Of a stretch of DNA of 64,000 bases, positions 57,613 through 64,000 are shown one piece after another (position 1 is the stretch's first letter; the number at the start of each line of letters is the position of its first letter). The notes under the pieces are model-generated. The model was not told the origin of the DNA. It was given only the letters and a program-made list of their open reading frames with translations, and searched no databases. Origin of the DNA: a candidate division Zixibacteria bacterium SM23_81. Lineage in GTDB: Bacteria > SM23-81. The position numbers and the translations under genes are program-made. The stretch covers positions 20,481-84,480 of the forward strand of contig LJUY01000009.1 in NCBI GenBank assembly GCA_001304015.1. Direction: 5' to 3'.

Positions 57613-60468
57613 CTATTTCTTTCCCGATATCTGGATTAATTTTGATTTGGCATCGGCCAATTCTGGGAGATCTTGATCCGCTTCCTCCCAGATTCTTAGA
57701 AACTCTTTATACTGTTCGCTGGCCTTCTTCAAACGACCTTTTTCCTCGTATAATTGGGCCAACCGATAACGATATTTTGGATGAATAAGACGCCGATCCC
57801 TACTGTACGGATGAAAGGTAATCAGCCGCTCATATTCGGCAATGGCTTCATCTAGCTTTCCTTTTTGGCGATAGGCTCGGGCCAACACATCTTTCTGGAA
57901 CGGGAGGTTATATGCCAGCATTCCTCCCGTGTCACTCATGTAAGGTATCCTCCAAGGTGGCGCTTTCTCACGAACAGTGATGGCTTTCTCCAGGGAACCC
58001 TCTACCAGCAATAACTCTCCATGAAGCAATTCGGCAAAGTCGGGCACAAGAGGTCTTATATCCGTCAGCTTTGACTTTGCAGAATCAATTCGTCCTTCTT
58101 TCAAATCCAGCAAGGCAAGGGCAAAAACGAGGGCTGCCGTGAGAGAGGCAACCTGCTCTGGTGATCCCAGGGAGTAACTGGTGGCTGCAGGAATGTACTC
58201 TTTGGGATTCCGCTGCACCGCATCTATGCACTGCAGAAAACAGTTCCGGCTCAGGCCAAGCTCTCCCTTTTCATAATGAATCCAACCCTTCAACCTGTCT
58301 GCTTCGGTTTGCCAGATCTCACTCCCCTCGGCTTTTGACAGCTCAGCTATCCTCTCAGCCTTGTCAAGGGCTCGGTTCAAACTACCTCGCCAAATGTGGT
58401 AAAAACTTCTCCACCGCAGTCCGTCCGTTCGAGTGCCAAAAGATGGTGCCTTATCGATGTATTTGTCGATCCACTGCATGCACTCAGAGTAGTTTTCCCT
58501 CAAAGCATAGATATAGGCAATCTCCCAATAGGCGTAGTAGAAGTCTGGTTTGACCTTCAAGGCCTCTTTGTATTTTGCTATGGCATCGTCCAGTTTTCCC
58601 ATTCTGAAGAAAAGTTCTCCCATAGAATCGATGGGATTCGCATCCCCTGGGGAAATGATAGCATACCTCTGAAAGTACTCATGGGCCTGTTCGAAGTCCT
58701 CGACGTCGGTGTACATGTAGGCCAGTTCGTTGAGAGCCCACCCATAGTTAGGATCAAGATCCAGAACTTTTTTGTACTCCTCGACAGCCTGGTAGAACTG
58801 CTTCTTACCCCTGTAGTGAGATGCCAGGCGATGGTGAACGTGCTTCTCTTTGGGGTATTCCCGGGCGATCTGCTTGAGGATGTGGAACCTTTTCTCCACA
58901 TCTCTCTCCAAGGCCCGTGCGCAAGCCGCTTCGATGTAAAGTCTCTCCTTGCTTGTGGCCTTATCCGAAAAAGCCTTCGCTTTCTCAAAGGCATTGTTGC
59001 GCGCTTTGGCATCGCGCAATCGGTCATAAATCCAAGCCAAGTAAAGGTATGCTACGGCGAAGGTCGGATCGAGCTCAACCGCCTTTTGGAGAAATCGCCG
59101 GGCGTCTTCGTTATAGATCTTCTCGAAGCTCTCTCTACCCCTCAGAAAGTATCGATACGCCTCCATGGACGACGTGGTCACATCGGCGATAGGCTGCCCG
59201 CCGTCTTCCATTTTGTGTTCGGAGATGCCTAGACCATGGGAGATATCCCGGCTCAGCCCATCAATCTGCGTTTTCAAAATGCTGTCCACTCCCAAACCCT
59301 TAGAGCTGGCGCTCACCAGCAGTCTCTTGGTGGAAACATCCATGACTTTCACGTCGGTGGCGAATATCTCACCAGCTTTTGTATAAGTGCCCAGAACGAT
59401 AGCATCGATGCCATCTAATCGGCACAACTGGAAACCCAAATCCTTGTCGATGACCTCCACCTTCTCCTTCCCCACTTGCTTCAGCAGATCTCGCATCCGC
59501 TCCCAGGTAATCACGCGCAGAGATTCCGCCCGCTCAAGGCTAGTGATGAGAAGATTGGGTATGGCCGTTTGGAGATAATCGTATTTCTTATCTCCCGTCT
59601 GATTCTCGAAGGTGATCACCGCGATAGGTTTCTGAACCCTCACAGGGGATTCTAACTCCTCCTCAAGTTTCCTGAGATGGGCCAGCATCTCATCGATGCG
59701 CTGATAGCGTTCTGACGGGCTCTTTGCCAGTGCTTTGGTTACGATGCCTTCCAGCTCTGCTGGTGCGCTGGCTCGAAATTTCAGCAACGGTTTCGGATCT
59801 TCATTCAAGATGGAGTAGATAACGGCTTGCTCATAGTCCCCTGTGAAGGGCTTTTGGCCGGTAACTATCTCATAAAGGACCACGCCCAGAGACCAGATAT
59901 CCGTCCGGTGATCCACCCCTTCACCTCGAGCCTGTTCGGGAGACATGTAGGCCGCCGTGCCCGAGATGGTCTTGGATGTTTCAGATTGCACTGCCCCTTC
60001 CAATACGGCCAGGCCAAAATCGAGAATCTTCACCTGGCCATCCTCGGTGATTAAGAGATTGCTCGGTTTGACATCTCGATGCACGACTCCCTCTTTGTGG
60101 GCCTTGACCAAACCCTGAGCCACCTGGATGACGATATCAATAGCTTGCTCCAGATCCAACGGCCCCCTATCTATCTTGTCCTGAAGGACCTCACCCTTGT
60201 AGCAGGCCATGCAGATGAACATCTGCCCTTCTTTGGTTTCATCGATATCGTAAATAGTGCAGATATTAGGATGATCCATGGCGGAGGCCGCCTGGGCCTC
60301 CTGGATGAAGCGCTGATTCGCTTCTGGATCGCGGGTCATTTCCGGCGGCAGGAACTTCAAGGCCACGAGGCGCTTGAGCTTGGTGTCTTCGGCCTTGTAC
60401 ACCACACCCCTGCCGCCCTCGCCGAGCTTTTCCAGGATTTTGTAATGGGAGATAGTTTTGCCGATCAT
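57613..60468 (-). CDS. Ser/Thr protein kinase, TolB-N-like, TPR without TM (kinase 5)
   Basis: GEGGRGVVY (variant Gly-loop), HRDVKPSN, DFG. IAVITFENQTGDKKYDYLQTAIPNLLITSL. Start taken at the MIGKT ATG at 60468 (the track ORF begins at 60516). Confidence 0.75.
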   Translation of the reverse strand: MIGKTISHYKILEKLGEGGRGVVYKAEDTKLKRLVALKFLPPEMTRDPEANQRFIQEAQAASAMDHPNICTIYDIDETKEGQMFICMACYKGEVLQDKIDRGPLDLEQAIDIVIQVAQGLVKAHKEGVVHRDVKPSNLLITEDGQVKILDFGLAVLEGAVQSETSKTISGTAAYMSPEQARGEGVDHRTDIWSLGVVLYEIVTGQKPFTGDYEQAVIYSILNEDPKPLLKFRASAPAELEGIVTKALAKSPSERYQRIDEMLAHLRKLEEELESPVRVQKPIAVITFENQTGDKKYDYLQTAIPNLLITSLERAESLRVITWERMRDLLKQVGKEKVEVIDKDLGFQLCRLDGIDAIVLGTYTKAGEIFATDVKVMDVSTKRLLVSASSKGLGVDSILKTQIDGLSRDISHGLGISEHKMEDGGQPIADVTTSSMEAYRYFLRGRESFEKIYNEDARRFLQKAVELDPTFAVAYLYLAWIYDRLRDAKARNNAFEKAKAFSDKATSKERLYIEAACARALERDVEKRFHILKQIAREYPKEKHVHHRLASHYRGKKQFYQAVEEYKKVLDLDPNYGWALNELAYMYTDVEDFEQAHEYFQRYAIISPGDANPIDSMGELFFRMGKLDDAIAKYKEALKVKPDFYYAYWEIAYIYALRENYSECMQWIDKYIDKAPSFGTRTDGLRWRSFYHIWRGSLNRALDKAERIAELSKAEGSEIWQTEADRLKGWIHYEKGELGLSRNCFLQCIDAVQRNPKEYIPAATSYSLGSPEQVASLTAALVFALALLDLKEGRIDSAKSKLTDIRPLVPDFAELLHGELLLVEGSLEKAITVREKAPPWRIPYMSDTGGMLAYNLPFQKDVLARAYRQKGKLDEAIAEYERLITFHPYSRDRRLIHPKYRYRLAQLYEEKGRLKKASEQYKEFLRIWEEADQDLPELADAKSKLIQISGKK

Positions 60469-60490
60469 AATTGATCTAGGAGAAAGGTAC

Positions 60491-60600
60491 CAGGATTCGA
60501 GGGTTCTAGGATTCAAGGGTAATAAGTCCTTGATCTGTTGTCCTTCAAACAGGCTTGGACCAGGGGTACTCGAAGCCTTGAGTCCTTGAATCCTTTCTTC
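60491..60600. repeat. Degenerate copy D of the GGATTC-TIR element
   Basis: CAGGATTCGAGGGTTCTAGGATTCAAG ... CCTTGAGTCCTTGAATCCT. Ends match the TIR; interior diverged. Confidence 0.35.
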
Positions 60601-60697
60601 TCACCAGCACAAAGGACGAACGGTTACCTCATTCAAATGAGTTATCTCTACAGATAAGATCCCTCGCTTCAAGACGAACCCGCCTCGAAACACCCTA

Positions 60698-61069
60698 TCA
60701 GGTAGGGCAGGGTTCATCGCCATCGCCACCATTGCTGAGAAAACCAATCAGAACCACGGCTCCAACAACACCAAACACCCCAAGCGCTATTGTTTTAGCT
60801 TGATCCAGCTTTTTAATTTCAAGCGATGCGATCTCCGAGGAATCTATTTCCTTGTAACCTTCTGCTTCGATGTAGCCCACCAGCTTTGAATCCTCAACTT
60901 TTGTATCCTTCATATTATACTGAGTTCCATCCTCCATTGTTACCCTGACACGGGCTCCCTGCTTAAGCTCAGGGATCTCCTCCTTGGAGATGTACCTCAT
61001 GCTGGTGCAGCCTGATAAATAGAGGATGAAGCTCAGCGAAACAAGGAGAAAAATGCATTTTCGATACAC
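60698..61069 (-). CDS. Small lipoprotein with C-terminal hydrophobic segment
   Basis: Lipobox LSGC (MYRKCIFLLVSLSFILYLSGC). C-terminal IALGVFGVVGAVVLIGFL helix. Confidence 0.45.
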   Translation of the reverse strand: MYRKCIFLLVSLSFILYLSGCTSMRYISKEEIPELKQGARVRVTMEDGTQYNMKDTKVEDSKLVGYIEAEGYKEIDSSEIASLEIKKLDQAKTIALGVFGVVGAVVLIGFLSNGGDGDEPCPT

Positions 61070-61382
61070 CGGTTACACCCCCCTAGGGTAGAGGACGCGA
61101 AGGGGCAAGATTGACCTTCAAATTCGGGCATTTCTCCACGGCGAGAAAGCATAGAAGTGGTGAGAACCTTCCTGACGAGAATTGCCTTCCGGTTTCCAGC
61201 GATGATCACCGAGCTTCAAGGACTAACTCACCGCTCGCATTCGCGATGTTGGGATCGCGGCTTGGGCGAACACGGGCTGTGGGGGGACACGATTCCCGAT
61301 TCCCGATTCACGTTCCCAACTGAGCAACGACTCCAAACGTCCATCCGCATAGATGCCTATCACCGACCACAGGACTCTCATC

Positions 61383-62720
61383 TCACGTTCCCGCCACGGT
61401 CATCCGGGACACCCGAAAGCTAGGGCAACATATCCGTCCGTTAAACTCCAAATCGTCACCTACGGCATCAATAGAGCTCAGAATCTCCACAAGATTCCCC
61501 GCGATGGTCACTTGGGCTACTGGTTTGGTCAGCTCCCCATTTTCGATCCAGCGACCGAAAGCTCCCGCGGAATAACTACCGGTGGTGGTGTTCGCGCCAA
61601 ATCCTATGGTTTCGGCGACATACAGTCCCTTCTCCAATCCCCTGATCAGCTCATCGTGGGGCGTGGAGCCCTTGAACATATAGAAGTTTGTAGCCCCAAT
61701 ACCGGGAAGGTTACCGTAGGATCCCCGGATTCCATTGCCCGTGGAAACGGCGCCAGCCTTGCGGGCACCGTAAGTGTCATATAAGAAAGCTTTCAGTATG
61801 CCCTGGTCAACTACCATTTTGCGCCGCGTGGCGATGCCCTCGCCGTCGACGGGCGCTGAGCCCAGACCCTGCAACAGGGTGCCGTCATCCTCTATAGTAA
61901 CCAACTTGGAGGCAACGGATTTGCCCAGCATGTCGGCTAAAAAGGAGTTGCCCATATGAACCTCTTTGCCGTTGACGGCTCTGGCTAAGCCACCGATCAG
62001 TCCCCTGCCCGCGCGGCAATCGAAGACCACTGGAACCTCCTGGCTGGGAACAGGTTCCCCGCCTACTAAGGAAACAGCCAACCGACCTGCCCTTTGAGCC
62101 ATCTGCTGGGGCAACTTCAGGTTTCGATAGGCTCTGCGGTGACAATCGTCCGACCCGTCTTTTTTGTGCTCGCCTTTGGTGGCCACTACAGAGACACTGG
62201 TGGAAAATTTCGTCTCCTCATAGGAGTGCAACAGACCATTGTTGTTGGCGATGGTCACCGCACGATGGACGTCTGTGTAAGAAGCCCCATTTGACAAAGT
62301 GATGATGGGGCTATACTCCATGGCCAGTCTTTCGGTCTCCATGATCCTGGCTAATTTTTTGTCCAGCTCGATGGAGACGACGCTTTGGTCCACCACCGAC
62401 CGAGCCGTTACCTCCCCCTTGTTCTCGGGGAGCCCGTGAGCCGGGTCCGGACCAGCCATCTTGGCAAGTTCCACTGCTTTTTGGGCCATTGGCTTTAGGG
62501 CTTCCTGAGAGACATCGGCAGTGTCCACAAAGGCCATGCGCTGCCCGACATAAACTCGCAGGCCCATTCCTTGAAAGCTCTCCTTTTTCACATACTCTAT
62601 CTTTTGTTGGCGCACCTCGATCCTCAACCTGCTGCCGTTTTCCAGAAATACCTCGGCTTGGGTGGCTCCCTGTCCCGCCAGCATGTCCAGCATCTTGGCG
62701 GCTGTTTTCTCCAAGTTCAA
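61383..62720 (-). CDS. pmbA: TldD/PmbA-family metallopeptidase (PmbA-like)
   Basis: PmbA/TldD fold-family conserved blocks (GIGATNFYMFKG, TGSYSAGAFG). Confidence 0.75.
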   Translation of the reverse strand: MNLEKTAAKMLDMLAGQGATQAEVFLENGSRLRIEVRQQKIEYVKKESFQGMGLRVYVGQRMAFVDTADVSQEALKPMAQKAVELAKMAGPDPAHGLPENKGEVTARSVVDQSVVSIELDKKLARIMETERLAMEYSPIITLSNGASYTDVHRAVTIANNNGLLHSYEETKFSTSVSVVATKGEHKKDGSDDCHRRAYRNLKLPQQMAQRAGRLAVSLVGGEPVPSQEVPVVFDCRAGRGLIGGLARAVNGKEVHMGNSFLADMLGKSVASKLVTIEDDGTLLQGLGSAPVDGEGIATRRKMVVDQGILKAFLYDTYGARKAGAVSTGNGIRGSYGNLPGIGATNFYMFKGSTPHDELIRGLEKGLYVAETIGFGANTTTGSYSAGAFGRWIENGELTKPVAQVTIAGNLVEILSSIDAVGDDLEFNGRICCPSFRVSRMTVAGT

Positions 62721-62773
62721 AGCTCACCTCCGCGTAAACATCGCTTTTTCACCGATGTGATCATTCTCTCTTT

Positions 62774-63997
62774 TTACGCCCTCGTGCCACCCACGGTGAT
62801 CTTGCCGATACGTAAGGTGGGCTCACCGCTGGTGACGGGAACCCACTGCCCTTTGCCACAGGTACCTGGAGCAAAATCCAGGTCATCGGCCACCATATCG
62901 ATGGTCTGGAGGACCTCGGGACCGCTGCCGATGAGGGTAGCCCCTTTCACCGGTTTGGTGATCTCGCCATTCTCGATGAGATAGGCCTCGCGGACCGTAA
63001 AGGTGAAGCTCCCGGAAGTGGTGTCCACCACCCCACCGACGAATCCTTTAGCGTACAAACCTTTTCGGGTAGCAGCAAACACCTCCTCGGGTTTGGACTG
63101 GCCGTTTAGTAAGTAGGTGTTGGTCATCCGCACCAGAGGGTAATGCTTGAAAGATTGCCGCCGACCATTGCCCGTGGATTTGGCACCCAGCTGCTTGGCC
63201 GTGAGACTATCGTACATGTATCCTTTGAGAACTCCCTTTTCGATGAGCATTTTCTTCTGGGACGGCGTCCCCTCATCGTCCACGTTGAAGGATCCCCGAA
63301 GATTGGGCACGGTGGCATCGTCCACCAGAGTGACCAGCTCGGAGCCCACCCTCTGATGCACTTTGCCTGTATAAAACGAGGTTCCCCGTTGAATGCCGTC
63401 GGCCTCCAGCCCGTGGCCCACAGCTTCGTGGAATAACACCCCACCCCAGCCATTGGAGACCACCACCGGCATCTGACCGGCGGGCGCCTCCTGGGCCGAC
63501 AGCATGTTCACCGCCTCTTGGGCGGCGCCCCTGCTCGCCTTCTCGGCAGCATTCTCGTCGAATAGCTCGAAACCACTGTGTGCGCTGATTCGCCGGCGAC
63601 CACGATGCCTTCTTGAACCTTCGGTAGCCAGGGCGTTGACGATAAAATAGATCAGAGGCTGCGTATCTTCCACCCAGACACCTTGGGAATTTGCGATGGC
63701 GATGTCTTTGATTTCCTCAAGATAGGTGATGCTCACCTGGCTGATTCTGCCATCGAGGGATCGAGCTGCATCATTAGCTCTCTCCATCACCTCAAGCCTC
63801 TGGTTCTCGCCCACCGTTTCCAAAGGAATCCTGGCAGGTATCAGATCGGAAACCGTACCCCGAGAAACGGGAACTGGGGTCGTTTTACCACCAGAGCGAG
63901 CCACAAAAGCCGCTGTGCGGGCCGCCTCGCGCAGCTTCTCAGGAGCGAGATCCTCAGAATAGGCATATCCTGTGGCATCTCCAGCGATGACTCGCAC
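62774..63997 (-). CDS. tldD: TldD protein (N-terminally truncated by the window end)
   Basis: HEAVGHGLEADG (HExxxH-like TldD signature) and GGVVDTTSGSFTF blocks. ORF open to the window edge. Confidence 0.8.
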   Translation of the reverse strand: MRVIAGDATGYAYSEDLAPEKLREAARTAAFVARSGGKTTPVPVSRGTVSDLIPARIPLETVGENQRLEVMERANDAARSLDGRISQVSITYLEEIKDIAIANSQGVWVEDTQPLIYFIVNALATEGSRRHRGRRRISAHSGFELFDENAAEKASRGAAQEAVNMLSAQEAPAGQMPVVVSNGWGGVLFHEAVGHGLEADGIQRGTSFYTGKVHQRVGSELVTLVDDATVPNLRGSFNVDDEGTPSQKKMLIEKGVLKGYMYDSLTAKQLGAKSTGNGRRQSFKHYPLVRMTNTYLLNGQSKPEEVFAATRKGLYAKGFVGGVVDTTSGSFTFTVREAYLIENGEITKPVKGATLIGSGPEVLQTIDMVADDLDFAPGTCGKGQWVPVTSGEPTLRIGKITVGGTRA

Positions 63998-64000
63998 TCC

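Overview
This 64-kb window is a bacterial chromosomal segment of roughly 56-57% GC, mostly coding, with no rRNA, tRNA or CRISPR detected. Two proteins end in a type IX secretion system (T9SS) C-terminal sorting domain, and the first ORF is a FadL/PorV-like outer-membrane barrel. Together with an alternative-GlmU-like nucleotidyltransferase this suggests an FCB-group or candidate-phylum organism, though I cannot assign it from sequence alone. Going 5' to 3': a T9SS-associated outer-membrane protein and an NHL lipoprotein; a corrinoid-protein / pterin-binding methyltransferase / class II aldolase / thymidylate-synthase-like / FAD-oxidase operon; an ECF sigma factor, a zinc-binding anti-sigma factor and a VIT-VWA protein; a low-GC (~38%) island for a probable di-amino sugar; a heterotrimeric amine/opine-oxidase-like operon with ligA embedded; an Fe-alcohol dehydrogenase, a gluzincin lipoprotein and a PAP2 phosphatase; a 1200-aa C25-like peptidase and a beta-helix protein, both T9SS cargo; a REP-associated tyrosine transposase (RAYT) with its REP cluster; a symporter, a B12-radical-SAM enzyme and an S9 prolyl oligopeptidase flanking a highly microsatellite-rich spacer; a tandem array of five Hanks-type Ser/Thr kinases, each with a TolB-N-like domain and TPR repeats, interspersed with a conserved ~125-bp TIR-bounded (MITE-like) element family; and finally pmbA and a partial tldD. 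The most unusual non-coding content is the GGATTC-based element family sitting upstream of every minus-strand transcription unit in the 41-61 kb region, and the composite tandem-repeat spacer at 43.3-43.7 kb.
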